Below, piece after piece: positions 8,917 to 18,806 of a stretch of 64,000 bases of DNA; position 1 is the first letter of the stretch, and every line of letters starts with the position of its first letter. The stretch is taken from NCBI GenBank assembly GCA_002385625.1, contig DGDV01000039.1, forward strand, positions 52,564 to 116,563, written 5' to 3'. The notes below the pieces were generated by a model. The model searched no databases. It was given only the letters and a program-made list of their open reading frames with translations, and was not told where the DNA came from. The stretch is from Firmicutes bacterium UBA3943. Its GTDB lineage: Bacteria > Bacillota > UBA4882 > UBA10575 > UBA3943. A program made the translations under genes and the position numbers.

Positions 8917-9342
8917 ATGAGTATGCAGATATTTTCTCCTGAAGAATCTTCCGAGTTTGGCGTGGCCTATGTCGGCAGGCAGATCATAGCCGGTTTTCCT
9001 TCCCCGGCCGAGGATTATTTAGAAAACATCTTGGACCTGAATAAGGCTGTTGTGAAAAACCCCAGCGCCACCTTTTACGGCCGGGTCAGTGGCCAGTCCA
9101 TGAAAGATGCAGGGGTCAGCGATGGCGATCTGTTGGTGATTGACCGGTCCCTTGAGTACCGGAACAATGCTTTAGCCGTCTGCTTCTTAAATGGTGAGTT
9201 CACGCTGAAGCGTGTGAAGAGGACAAAAGACGGCCTTGTCTTGATGCCCGCCAACAAAGATTTTCCGCCGATTCCCGTCACCGGCGAAGCCGACTTTTCC
9301 ATCTGGGGCATTGTAACCTACATCCTGAAGAAGGTGTATTGA
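8917..9342 (+). CDS. umuD: S24 peptidase, UmuD-like (translesion polymerase accessory subunit)
   Basis: Ala-Gly cleavage site ([12 protein letters not shown]), Ser nucleophile in GQSM and Lys in TLKR; AGGAGGGG RBS. Confidence 0.85.
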   Translation: MSMQIFSPEESSEFGVAYVGRQIIAGFPSPAEDYLENILDLNKAVVKNPSATFYGRVSGQSMKDAGVSDGDLLVIDRSLEYRNNALAVCFLNGEFTLKRVKRTKDGLVLMPANKDFPPIPVTGEADFSIWGIVTYILKKVY

Positions 9343-9344
9343 CC

Positions 9345-10607
9345 ATGTTTGCTCTGGTGGACTGCAACAACTTTTATGTCTCCTGTGAGCGGGTCTTCAA
9401 CCCGGCGCTGAATGGGCAACCCGTTGTGGTACTCTCCAATAACGACGGCTGCATTGTGTCCCGGTCCAATGAGGCCAAAGCCCTGGGTATTAAAATGGGG
9501 CAACCAGCCTTTGCAATTGCTGACTTTCTGGCTAAAAACAAGGTCCATGTCTTTTCCTCCAATTATGTCCTTTACGGGGATATGTCTCACCGGGTCATGA
9601 CGACTCTGGCCGAGTTTACGCCGGAGCTTGAGATCTACTCTATTGACGAGGCCTTTTTGAATCTCACCGGGATCACTCATGACCTGGCCTCTTATGGACG
9701 GCAGATCCGGCAGACCGTCTTGAAGAACACCGGTATCCAGGTGAGCATCGGCATTGCCGGCACCAAGGTATTGGCCAAGGTAGCTAACCACCTGGCAAAG
9801 CGAGTGCCGGGGTACGACGGCGTCTTGGTGCTGGACAGCCCGGATAAAATCCGGGCGGCCCTTGAGCAGACTGAAATTGAGGAGGTGTGGGGCATTGGCC
9901 GGCAGTATGCGGCGCTTTTAAAGGGGATAGGGGTGAAGACTGCCTGGGATTTTGGGCAATTGACCGATAGCTGGGTAAAGAAGAAAATGTCCGTTGTCGG
10001 GCTCCGGATAAAAAAGGAGCTTGCAGGGATCTCCTGCCTGGAACTGGAATTAGAACCCGTGGCCAAGAAGGCCATCTGTACCTCCCGTTCTTTTGGCAGG
10101 TCCCAGACCGAATTGGCCCAGCTTAGGGAGGCCGTCGCCACTTTTGCGAGTCAATGTGCCTATAAGCTTCGTAAACAGCGGACATGCGCCGGTGCCATCA
10201 TGGTTTTTATCCACACCAACGGCTATAATAAGAATGAGCCGCAGTATGCGCAGAATTTCAGTTGCCGGCTCCCAACGGCCACCAATAGCAGCATCACCCT
10301 GATCAAGTATGCTCTGTCAGGGCTGTCGGCCATCTATAAAGAGGGGTATAAATATAAAAAGGCCGGGGTAATGGTTTTGGACATTGTCCCCGAAGACCGG
10401 GTCCAGGGATCTTTGTTTGATTGTACCGACTATGGGAAGCATGCCGGGATCATGAAGGTTATGGACGAAATTAACGGGAAATATGGCCGTAATACCGTTA
10501 AATTCGCCGTGCAAGGCTCGGGCGTCAGGTGGAAGCTGCGCCAGGAAAAACTCTCGCCATCCTATACTACGCGCTGGGAGGATATCATCAAAGTAAGGTG
10601 TGATTGA
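9345..10607 (+). CDS. umuC: Y-family DNA polymerase, UmuC-like
   Basis: [18 protein letters not shown]...SIDEAFL motifs. ATG lies 2 nt after the umuD-like stop. Confidence 0.9.
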   Translation: MFALVDCNNFYVSCERVFNPALNGQPVVVLSNNDGCIVSRSNEAKALGIKMGQPAFAIADFLAKNKVHVFSSNYVLYGDMSHRVMTTLAEFTPELEIYSIDEAFLNLTGITHDLASYGRQIRQTVLKNTGIQVSIGIAGTKVLAKVANHLAKRVPGYDGVLVLDSPDKIRAALEQTEIEEVWGIGRQYAALLKGIGVKTAWDFGQLTDSWVKKKMSVVGLRIKKELAGISCLELELEPVAKKAICTSRSFGRSQTELAQLREAVATFASQCAYKLRKQRTCAGAIMVFIHTNGYNKNEPQYAQNFSCRLPTATNSSITLIKYALSGLSAIYKEGYKYKKAGVMVLDIVPEDRVQGSLFDCTDYGKHAGIMKVMDEINGKYGRNTVKFAVQGSGVRWKLRQEKLSPSYTTRWEDIIKVRCD

Positions 10608-10608
10608 A

Positions 10609-11325
10609 GTGTGCTTTTTCTATGCCCTCAGTCATGAGGCGCAACGCTTGCAAAACCGCTATAACCTACCGGTGAGTCCTGATTTTGAATTTGCTCCGGT
10701 CTATTATACTTCGGGTTTTGAGTTTCCCAGGATGCCGGTGATCACCAATACGGAGCCCGACCGGCTCCAATTGTTCTCCTGGGGCTTGATTCCGGCTTGG
10801 ACCAAAACTTCTGAGGAAGCGGAGAAGATCCGGTCGTATACGCTGAATGCCCGCAGCGATTCCTTATTTGTGAAACCATCGTTCAAAAATGTGATCCGGA
10901 AGAAACGGTGTTTGGTCCCGGCCAGCGGCTTTTATGAGTGGCGGGAGATGGGGGGGAGGAAATACCCGTATTTCATCTACCTGAAGGACCAGGAGATATT
11001 CTCCCTGGCCGGTTTGTGGGAGGAATGGGTGGACAAAGCCACCGGAGAGTTGGTCAAAACCTATAGCATCATTACCACCGAGGCCAATCCGTTAATGGCG
11101 CGGATCCACAACACCAAAAAACGGATGCCTGTTATTTTATTGAGATCGGATGAGGAAAAGTGGTTAGAAGCAAAACTGCAAGATCATGAGATTGCCGCAT
11201 TAACCCGGCCCATTGATGAGGACCTAATGGCCGCCCATACCATTGGCAAACTGATCACATCCCGGACGGGAAACCGTAACGTACCGGCCGTCCAAGAACC
11301 TTTTGATTATGGATTGCACCTGTAA
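10609..11325 (+). CDS. SOS response-associated peptidase (SRAP/YedK family)
   Basis: GTG 10609 followed by TGC gives an N-terminal Met-Cys2, the catalytic nucleophile of SRAP. FSWGLIP, ASGFYEW and H...KRMP motifs are present. Confidence 0.85.
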   Translation: MCFFYALSHEAQRLQNRYNLPVSPDFEFAPVYYTSGFEFPRMPVITNTEPDRLQLFSWGLIPAWTKTSEEAEKIRSYTLNARSDSLFVKPSFKNVIRKKRCLVPASGFYEWREMGGRKYPYFIYLKDQEIFSLAGLWEEWVDKATGELVKTYSIITTEANPLMARIHNTKKRMPVILLRSDEEKWLEAKLQDHEIAALTRPIDEDLMAAHTIGKLITSRTGNRNVPAVQEPFDYGLHL

Positions 11326-11509
11326 AGACGGGGCTAACTACCTTTCCAACGGAGAAAAGCGCTTTTTCTGTTCTTAAATGTTTGGCAGCAGAATTAAACT
11401 GTCTCCTTGGCTAACCGGGTGGTATTAGCAGGAAATTAGTGGTCATTGTGGAATATTATTCTTCTATAGCAAACAATGGTTCATTTTATAAGAAAAAGGG
11501 GTGCAATAA

Positions 11510-12511
11510 ATGAATTATTTGCGCATTACGGTCCTAATCATTCTCACAGCTGTTTTTGCCACCGGTGTTGTTTGGGCGGGTCAAGCTCCCTTAAACGAAA
11601 AGGCGATCCCGGTTTTTCCTGGGGCTGTCGAGGACAAGAAGGCGAGGGACCAATTCTTTGAAGAGATGGGAGATAATCCCGAAGGATTGTTGCTTGGTCT
11701 AGGTTTGGAACTCCGGGACGAAGTCTACAAAATCTATAGTTGTAACACAGGCGCGGAGGAGGTCTCCCGGTTTTACCGTGAAAAGCTGGATGCCAAGGTC
11801 CTTAACTATGCGGTGTACCCGGAAAAGTTGGAACCGGGAGAGACGACGCCGGTTGACCACGAATTGGTCTTCTATAAACTAAAGGATGAGATCTATTCCG
11901 ACTCAGGAGATGTACTCTACCCCGGAAAATTGATCAGGCGGACTTTAGCGGCAAACAGAAGTCCATATCAGCCCGAATGCTGGGTGGCATATGCCCGTTT
12001 TGAATGGAGCGTCCGGGAGAAGAATAACGACCTGTCCGGATATTCCGTTACAATATATGATAAATCATTCTCCGATAATTATAGATCGTACAAAACAAAG
12101 ACCTGGATTGTAGTTCACCGCCAGACCTATCGGGGCGACGACGAAACGTATCTTGATGACGAAATGGATCACGCCGTAGCGGCCAAGGCCGAAAGCATGA
12201 AACAACCTACCGAACGGGAACTTGGCGCACCCGTCTATCCCGGCGCGGTGTTTAACAAAGAATTGTCCGCCGGTATGTCCATGAACGATGATGAACTCTT
12301 CTATATCTTTCAAAGCAACGATGCCCCGGCTAAAGTTGTCCTTTTTTACGAGCAAAAGCTGGGGAAGAAAGCGGTTAAATACGGAGAAAGCTACATGATC
12401 GCCCTTAAAGGAAAGCTGCCTTTGCCCGATGAAGGCATTTGTATTGAACCCAATAAACTGGGCGGACCGGCTAAAACCCTGATCACCTTCAGAAAATGGC
12501 TGGGTGATTGA
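11510..12511 (+). CDS. Secreted hypothetical protein with an internal domain duplication
   Basis: Signal peptide MNYLRITVLIILTAVFATGVVWA. Two copies of a P-V-[FY]-P-G-A-V...[FY]xI[FY]...FYxxKL module. Confidence 0.6.
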   Translation: MNYLRITVLIILTAVFATGVVWAGQAPLNEKAIPVFPGAVEDKKARDQFFEEMGDNPEGLLLGLGLELRDEVYKIYSCNTGAEEVSRFYREKLDAKVLNYAVYPEKLEPGETTPVDHELVFYKLKDEIYSDSGDVLYPGKLIRRTLAANRSPYQPECWVAYARFEWSVREKNNDLSGYSVTIYDKSFSDNYRSYKTKTWIVVHRQTYRGDDETYLDDEMDHAVAAKAESMKQPTERELGAPVYPGAVFNKELSAGMSMNDDELFYIFQSNDAPAKVVLFYEQKLGKKAVKYGESYMIALKGKLPLPDEGICIEPNKLGGPAKTLITFRKWLGD

Positions 12512-12601
12512 GCGCCGTAGTAAAGGCTTTTTGGAAGTAAAGGAAGGGAAAATAGGAAGCATCATTATGCTCAAAAATTAAAAATAAACCATGGGAGTCG
12601 G

Positions 12602-12636
12602 AAAACAGCCCCGGGGTGATTCCGGGGCTGTTTTTC
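12602..12636. terminator. Bidirectional rho-independent terminator
   Basis: AAAACAGCCCCGG/CCGGGGCTGTTTT 13-bp stem flanked by A- and T-runs, between convergent genes. Confidence 0.8.
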
Positions 12637-12659
12637 TTTGTTTTTGCAATGTTCCTTTA

Positions 12660-13550
12660 TTACTTTTTCACCGGAACCACCTTACCCTCGCTGTCAAGGA
12701 AGAAGGTGATGTCACAGCCTTGCGGCACGAAAAAGATCTTATCTTTATCGCTAATCATATCTTTCATCAGCCGTAGTCTTTCCAATTGGTAGGCTTGAGG
12801 ATTGAGGGTGTAGATCCGGTTCTCTTCCGCAGCCACCAAATTCTTCCGTTTGGCAATCTCCAGACTCACCTGGGTCTGGGCCTTTTCTTGCTTCACCTGC
12901 TCCTCCAACTGCTTGGTTTTTTGCGCCGCAACTTCCACCGCGACTTTGGAGACGGCCTTCTCTTTGAGCTGGGCTACGTAATTCTCGTCGGCGCCAATGT
13001 CGTTTACGCCTACATCCAGGAGCTGGACGCTGAACTCATTCAATTCTTTCGCCAAGAGGTTCATCATCCGTTCCTGGAGCACCTCACGGCCGCCTAATCC
13101 CTCGGCGATGCCCAGCATTTCATCGAGGGTAAACATGGTGGTTACCTGTTTGGCCACACGCGGGATGCGGGTGGAGACCAACTGGGAAAGGGCCTGATCA
13201 TTTTTGGCCTCCAGGTTATAATTCTCCCACATCTGTTTGGCCGATTGGGCGTCTCGTTTCCGGGCGTAAGTAACGGTAATTCGAAAACGGACAGGTTGTT
13301 TGTCTTTGGTCCACAGGTCCGGATCTTCCCAAGTCAGGGTCTTAGCGGAACAGTCCATATTAAACTTGGCGGCAAAAAAGCCCAGATGGGTGTAGCGGCC
13401 GGGACCCACAACATTGTTAACTTTGACTCCGTTGTCCATAAGCAGCCCGATTTCATGGGATTGGACCCCGGATAAAATGTAACAACCACTGGTCAGGAAG
13501 GTAGCGATTAAACAGAGAACAATCAATTTGACAATACGAAAAACCTTCAT
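12660..13550 (-). CDS. SPFH/band-7 (prohibitin family) membrane protein
   Basis: N-terminal hydrophobic anchor, an SPFH-like core and a C-terminal coiled coil (EQVKQEKAQTQVSLEIAKRK). AAGGAGG lies 7 nt before the second ATG. Confidence 0.75.
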   Translation of the reverse strand: MKVFRIVKLIVLCLIATFLTSGCYILSGVQSHEIGLLMDNGVKVNNVVGPGRYTHLGFFAAKFNMDCSAKTLTWEDPDLWTKDKQPVRFRITVTYARKRDAQSAKQMWENYNLEAKNDQALSQLVSTRIPRVAKQVTTMFTLDEMLGIAEGLGGREVLQERMMNLLAKELNEFSVQLLDVGVNDIGADENYVAQLKEKAVSKVAVEVAAQKTKQLEEQVKQEKAQTQVSLEIAKRKNLVAAEENRIYTLNPQAYQLERLRLMKDMISDKDKIFFVPQGCDITFFLDSEGKVVPVKK

Positions 13551-13668
13551 TCCCATTCCTCCTTAATGATACATGGTTGAATTTTAAAACATGAGTAACA
13601 ATATTATTATACTAGAAACTAACGGAAAATGTTATAATATGTTACAAATCATCGCAAGCTTGCTTAAG

Positions 13669-13699
13669 AAAACAAAAAGTCCGGAATTTTCCGGACTTT
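13669..13699 (-). terminator. Rho-independent terminator of the PHP gene
   Basis: AAGTCCGG...CCGGACTT hairpin followed by a T-run on the minus strand. Confidence 0.7.
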
Positions 13700-13710
13700 A
13701 TATTGTTTTT

Positions 13711-14562
13711 CTATATCATCCGAACTTCCTGCATTCGTGCCAAAAGCGGCTGGAGATACCGATCGGCCACGACAGGCTGGCCCAGGCGTCGACCGACGAA
13801 GTCTCCGTGGCAGTCGGAACCGCCGGTTATTAGCAACCCCAATTTCTCCGCCAACTGTACCAGTTCTGCGCTTTCCTCCGGGGTGTGGCTGCTGGAGAAG
13901 GCCTCCAGCCCCTCGATGCCCCAAGCAAGCATCTCTTTTTGGAACTCTGGATTCCGGTACAGGTATGCGCCGTCCTGCCGGTACAGGGCTGGATGGGCCA
14001 AAACAGGTACACCGCCAGCCTGCCGGATGGCAGCCACCACTTCCGCCGGCTGGGCAAAGATTATATCCACATAGGCGGGCTTGCCTTTGCCGAAGTACTT
14101 GCCGAAGTAATCGTCAAACCCTTGAACATGGCCGGCTTCCTGCAGGGCGTTTAAGAGCGGCCAGCCCCCCAGGTGCCGGGCGCTGACCCAATAGCGGTAA
14201 CGTTCTGGATCCACATGGATCCCCAGCTTGGCCAGGTTGGCAATGGAGTCCCATTCGCTCTTTTCCCAGGCGGCCATATTAAAGGCCAGGACTTTTTTGA
14301 GGGCCGGGTGGTCGGGGTTTATGTTGTAACCAATGATATGTAAGGTAATATCCGGTGTATAACTGGCAGAGATCTCCACGCCCGGGATGAAGGTCAGACC
14401 GGTGCCGGCGACGAGCCTGGCGGTCTCCGCCAAGGCAGCGGTGACGTCGTGGTCGGTTACGGCGAAGGCGGTCAGGTCAGCTTCTTGAACCTTGCGGACC
14501 AGTTCCGCAGGGGTCCATGTCCCGTCGGAGGCTTGGGTGTGGAGGTGTAGATCGATGGCCAA
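13711..14562 (-). CDS. PHP-domain metal-dependent phosphoesterase (TrpH/YciV-like)
   Basis: IDLHLHTQASDG N-terminal PHP motif and C-terminal GGSDCHG. Confidence 0.8.
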   Translation of the reverse strand: MAIDLHLHTQASDGTWTPAELVRKVQEADLTAFAVTDHDVTAALAETARLVAGTGLTFIPGVEISASYTPDITLHIIGYNINPDHPALKKVLAFNMAAWEKSEWDSIANLAKLGIHVDPERYRYWVSARHLGGWPLLNALQEAGHVQGFDDYFGKYFGKGKPAYVDIIFAQPAEVVAAIRQAGGVPVLAHPALYRQDGAYLYRNPEFQKEMLAWGIEGLEAFSSSHTPEESAELVQLAEKLGLLITGGSDCHGDFVGRRLGQPVVADRYLQPLLARMQEVRMI

Positions 14563-14787
14563 GATAAAGACTCCTTTCCTTGGATTGAATCTTTATTGAT
14601 TGACTTCAGTGGCTGCTATTTTAACATCAAAATCGTCTGGGCGTAGCGCCGGCATTTTTTGTCTTGGATCCGGCGGCAGGCCCGGATGCAGTTTTATATT
14701 GTACCCAATATTCGCTGGAGTGGAGGAAGGTTCCTTTTCTTTGTTCTAAAACCTTTGCCTTCTTGTGTGGGGTAAGGATCCCCTTGA

Positions 14788-14801
14788 CGAACACATGTTC
14801 G
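14788..14801. promoter_or_regulatory. LexA operator (Cheo/SOS box) CGAACACATGTTCG overlapping a TTGACG -35
   Basis: Perfect GAAC-N4-GTTC palindrome, ~160 nt upstream of the dinB ATG; TTGACG at 14784-14789. Confidence 0.8.
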
Positions 14802-14962
14802 TCATGGCAAAATAGAACTGTCCCGGTGAAAATTTGCCAAATGACCAATTGCGACCCACGTTGCGAAAGTATCTTTGCCAGACCAGACAAAGGAATCGGT
14901 TGACCACGGCTTCGTTGGACGGAGGGAGGTGCCCGCCCTTGATGAAGGAGGGCCAAAACCGC

Positions 14963-16141
14963 ATGCGCCAGATCATCCACCTGGATATGGATGCGTTCTT
15001 CGCCGCCATTGAGCAACATGATAACCCGGACTACCGGGGAAAACCCGTGATTGTAGGCGGTGATCCCCGGTCCCGGGGGGTGGTCTCCACCTGTTCTTAT
15101 GAGGCGCGGAAATTTGGGGTGCGGTCGGCCATGCCGCTGCGGGAGGCGGCCCGCCTTTGCCCCCATGGGATCTTTGTTCCGGGGCGGATGCGCCGTTATC
15201 AGGAGGTATCGGAACAGGTGATGGCGATCCTCCGGGAATATACGCCCTTGGTGGAGCAAATCTCCATAGATGAAGCTTTTATGGATGTTACAGGTTGTCA
15301 GGCTTTGTTTGGTCCGGCGGAGGCGATTGCCCGCAATGTGGTGGACCGGATCCGGCAGAACTTGGGGTTGTCCGCGTCCGTTGGGATTGCACCCAATAAG
15401 TTCCTGGCCAAATTGGCGTCGGACCTTCAAAAACCCGCAGGGTTTGTGGTTTTGACTCCTGAGAATTTCCAGACGGTTTTAGATCCCCTGCCCGTAAAGC
15501 GTTTGTGGGGTGTGGGGCCCCAGACGGAGAAGGAACTTTTGCGGATGGGCATCGAAACCATCAGTCAATTGCGCCGTCTTCCTGTGGACTATCTCTGCAA
15601 AAACCTGGGAGAGTTGGGGAGACAACTTTATCAGCTAGCCAACGGCATTGATGAGCGGCCGGTGATGCCGCCAGAGGAGGCGAAGAGCGTCGGGCATGAA
15701 GTGACCTTTCAGGAAGATAACAGTGATGAAGAGTTCCTGGCCAGTGTTTTGCTGGCTTTAGCGGACCGGGTGGCCCGGCGGCTGCGGCAAGCAGGACTGA
15801 AGGGGCGGACGGTAACGGTGAAGATTCGAAATGCGGATTTTAAGACGATTACCCGCAGCCGGACATTGATAGTGCCCACCGATTTTGAGGAGGAGATTTA
15901 CCAAAACGCATTGGAACTGGCGGAAGAAGCAAAGTGGGGCCACGGGCCAGTGCGTTTGCTGGGTGTTAGCATCAGTAATTTCACCGGAGAAGAGGGGGCG
16001 CAGCTTACACTGTTTCCTGAGACGAACCGGTCCGAGTTGGCAGAACTCCACCGGGCCGTGGATCGCCTGAGGGATCGTTTCGGTGAGGGGATTATTACCA
16101 GGGGGAGTTTAATCAAGAGGGACGGTAGAAGACGCGGTTAA
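14963..16141 (+). CDS. dinB: DNA polymerase IV
   Basis: MRQIIHLDMDAFFAAIEQ canonical N-terminus and SIDEAFMDVT. The track ORF start at 14834 is an upstream extension. Confidence 0.9.
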   Translation: MRQIIHLDMDAFFAAIEQHDNPDYRGKPVIVGGDPRSRGVVSTCSYEARKFGVRSAMPLREAARLCPHGIFVPGRMRRYQEVSEQVMAILREYTPLVEQISIDEAFMDVTGCQALFGPAEAIARNVVDRIRQNLGLSASVGIAPNKFLAKLASDLQKPAGFVVLTPENFQTVLDPLPVKRLWGVGPQTEKELLRMGIETISQLRRLPVDYLCKNLGELGRQLYQLANGIDERPVMPPEEAKSVGHEVTFQEDNSDEEFLASVLLALADRVARRLRQAGLKGRTVTVKIRNADFKTITRSRTLIVPTDFEEEIYQNALELAEEAKWGHGPVRLLGVSISNFTGEEGAQLTLFPETNRSELAELHRAVDRLRDRFGEGIITRGSLIKRDGRRRG

Positions 16142-16377
16142 AGCAGGTTGTCTAATCATTGGGCAGGGATTTACCGGTAGGTTTAACCAAGGATAGATTT
16201 TAGAACCCTGAAAACCCTTTTTGCATAACATAAGCCATCCCGCATAATCTATCAAAGGGCCTGTGGTGATTGAAAGCGTTGTTTTAAGGACCTTTTTCCA
16301 GAAACCGTTGATGCCGGTTACAGCGCAACAATCGTTACTGCACAAGCTCCTGGCAAAAGGAAGGTGTCGTTGGAGAA

Positions 16378-17562
16378 ATGCGGCGGATGGCCTTATGTTT
16401 CATTGTCTGGCTCATGACATTCTTTTTTTTGTGGAATGGCGATAGTCGGATTGAAGCGGAGGAAGAAGCCAAGTGGCGGGTTAAGATTAATATACCTGCC
16501 TTTTTACTGACTGTTTACCACAACGGGGAGGAGTGGGGAAGATTTCCGGTGGCAGTGGGTAAACCGGAGACCCCGACGCCGCAAGGGTTATTCCGCATTG
16601 TCACAAAGGTCAGAAATCCCACTTGGTACCCGAAGAAAGGTAAACCTGTGCCGCCAGGGCCCCAAAATCCCTTGGGCGGCTATTGGATGGGCCTGAACCT
16701 GAAAGGCTATGGCATCCACGGGAACAACAATGCGCGATCCATCGGACGCTCGGTTTCCAACGGTTGTATCAGAATGCAGAATAATGATATCAAGGCCCTG
16801 TTTCGTACCCTACCGGTGGGAACTCCGGTGGAGATCGAATACCGCTGTTTCGAACTGGTCAGGTCGCCGGAGAATCGACTTTATCTCCGTACATATCCCG
16901 ATATTTACCATAAGATCAAGGACCGGTGGCAAGCCTTGGCCGAACTTCTTGCCCCCCTGGCGCCGGAGTACCCGGTGCATGATGCGGCCCTCCGTTGGTT
17001 GTTGGCGAGGCAGCCCTACGGTGAATTGGAGCTGCCGCGGTGGTTGCTGTTGACCGTGGACGGCCAGCCCTTTCCCGAGGGGGGCTTTCTCCATGGCGGC
17101 CAAGTGTACCTACCTGCCGCTGTCAACGGTTTATGGAACGGGGAACTGCCGCCACCGGCCGAAGCGTTTATTTCTTTACCCCAATTTCTGCAGGAGTCGG
17201 GGGAAAGCGTCCGTTTGGTCAGAGACGGTGATTTAGCCCTGGATTTACGGACCATCCGGGTCATCTATCCAGGGAAACAAGTGGTTTCACGAGGCCGTTG
17301 GCAGGGGGAACCCTTGGTGGATCTGGAACAGTTGGTAAGTATCTTTGAATTGACCGCCACGCCGGGCTTGTCCCTGGGAACGCTCTATATTGACGGTCGG
17401 CTCCTTACGGACCTGCCGGTTTTCAACGGACGCTTATGGTTGGGTATTTCGCGGCTGCCCGAGTTGAATGTAAGGTTGAAGGCCAAATGGGATTCTGTGG
17501 CCTATCAGGTGGAGATTGATCGTGAGGTGGAGAAGGAGGAGATGTTTCGGGTTATGAAGTAA
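16378..17562 (+). CDS. L,D-transpeptidase (YkuD domain) with a large C-terminal extension
   Basis: GYGIHGNNNARSIGRSVSNGCIRM catalytic motif and an N-terminal signal/anchor. Confidence 0.85.
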   Translation: MRRMALCFIVWLMTFFFLWNGDSRIEAEEEAKWRVKINIPAFLLTVYHNGEEWGRFPVAVGKPETPTPQGLFRIVTKVRNPTWYPKKGKPVPPGPQNPLGGYWMGLNLKGYGIHGNNNARSIGRSVSNGCIRMQNNDIKALFRTLPVGTPVEIEYRCFELVRSPENRLYLRTYPDIYHKIKDRWQALAELLAPLAPEYPVHDAALRWLLARQPYGELELPRWLLLTVDGQPFPEGGFLHGGQVYLPAAVNGLWNGELPPPAEAFISLPQFLQESGESVRLVRDGDLALDLRTIRVIYPGKQVVSRGRWQGEPLVDLEQLVSIFELTATPGLSLGTLYIDGRLLTDLPVFNGRLWLGISRLPELNVRLKAKWDSVAYQVEIDREVEKEEMFRVMK

Positions 17563-17596
17563 AAGGACTATAGCGCAGGGGCTATAGTCCTTTCTT
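17562..17596. terminator. Bidirectional rho-independent terminator
   Basis: AAAGGACTATAGC/GCTATAGTCCTTT 13-bp stem between convergent genes. Confidence 0.8.
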
Positions 17597-17612
17597 CCCT
17601 TCCTGATCCGGT

Positions 17613-18806
17613 TTAGCGCTGCATTAAACGACCCAGCGCCATGGTGGCCAATTCAATTTTGGCGTATTCTTTCGCCCGCTCGAAGTCCTGGTCCAGGATG
17701 GCACGGCTCAGATCAGAAGTGATACCGAGATAATCGGAGATGGCTTCAGCCAACCGATCACGGCTGAGCGTGTCCAAGTGCTCCCAATCCCGTACCAGAA
17801 TGCTTTCGGCCTCTGGAGGCGTCAGGCCAAACTCCACCAAACGGTCGTAGATGCTGCCCTTTAATTCTTCGGTCACTGTATCCCAATCTCCGCTTAAGAT
17901 GGCAGTTACCTGTTCCGGGGTGATCTTTCCTTGGGCGTACGCGCTGATCTGGCTTAGGAGGTCATCCTTGGTGACCTCGCCAAAGGCCTTGACAAAACGG
18001 TATTCTCCCGATGGATTAGAGTAGATGGTTACATTGTCGTTTTTTTGGATTTTCTCCGCTGTTGTGGTTACGTTATTACGGAAAACGATGGTATCCGGCA
18101 TAACTAAGACATTTTCCACATCCCCTGAGTTGGTTTCGATGGTGAGAAAGCCGGAGTTGTCCCCATTATCCAGGATCTTTCCGGTGACAACCTTCAGATT
18201 GCGCAGGGTCTGGACCATCCAGGCGGTTTCGGCCCGGCTGGCCAGGCGGTCCGGTTGAAAGCGGTCTTTGTAATTGGCGGGCAGGATCCCGAGACGGTTG
18301 GCGATCTCCACATATTTAAAGGCCCAAAAGTCTTCCGCTACATCCGGGAAGCTCGGTTCCAGTTCGAAGGTGTACTTTTCTTCCGCTGTGCCCAGATTGG
18401 TCATACGGATCAGCATGGTGATGATCTCCGCCCGGTTAACGGGCCGTTCCGGTTGGAAGGTGCCGTCGGGATAACCGGTGAAAACCTCCTTTTCGGCCAG
18501 CGTGGCAATATACCCTTCGGCCCAGTGGCCTTTGGTATCGGAAAACTTGGTTTGGCCGGTTTTGTTCAAACCGTAGGCCGTAGCCAGGATCTTGGCCAGT
18601 TCTGCCCTGGTGATGCTCTGATCCGGCTTAAACTTGCCGTTGGGATAACCGTTGATCACCTCTGATTGAACTAAAGCTCGGATGGCGCTTTCCGCCCAGT
18701 GACCGTCGACGTCGGAGATGGTGGCCGCATGTACGGCCGGGGCAAATGACAACAGAAGACAGAATGAGGTAAACAATGAGAGCAAGCGATGTTTAAGCAA
18801 CTTCAT
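17613..18806 (-). CDS. Secreted protein with three S-layer homology (SLH) domains
   Basis: Signal peptide ending VHA. Three repeats of the type DxxGHWAExxIxxL...GYPxGxFxP...TRAE. Confidence 0.8.
   Translation of the reverse strand: MKLLKHRLLSLFTSFCLLLSFAPAVHAATISDVDGHWAESAIRALVQSEVINGYPNGKFKPDQSITRAELAKILATAYGLNKTGQTKFSDTKGHWAEGYIATLAEKEVFTGYPDGTFQPERPVNRAEIITMLIRMTNLGTAEEKYTFELEPSFPDVAEDFWAFKYVEIANRLGILPANYKDRFQPDRLASRAETAWMVQTLRNLKVVTGKILDNGDNSGFLTIETNSGDVENVLVMPDTIVFRNNVTTTAEKIQKNDNVTIYSNPSGEYRFVKAFGEVTKDDLLSQISAYAQGKITPEQVTAILSGDWDTVTEELKGSIYDRLVEFGLTPPEAESILVRDWEHLDTLSRDRLAEAISDYLGITSDLSRAILDQDFERAKEYAKIELATMALGRLMQR

Noticed and set aside
8742-8942. 66-aa plus-strand ORF spanning the umuD-like promoter region
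   Set aside because: It covers the SOS box and the RBS/start of the umuD-like gene in another frame, has no RBS and is Cys/Arg-rich with no recognisable motif.
6258-11325. Calling the island plus SOS cassette a defined mobile element (ICE, prophage or transposon)
   Set aside because: There is no integrase, transposase or relaxase gene, and I could find no flanking direct or inverted repeats. Only compositional and contextual hints of foreign origin remain.
14834-14962. 43-codon extension of dinB
   Set aside because: DinB proteins begin MRxIIHxDMDxFF. The extension lies in the leader downstream of the SOS box and has no RBS.
14627-15430. 267-aa minus-strand ORF
   Set aside because: It is antisense to dinB and the promoter region. 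It has Arg/Pro/Gly/His-rich composition typical of antisense frames, and no RBS.
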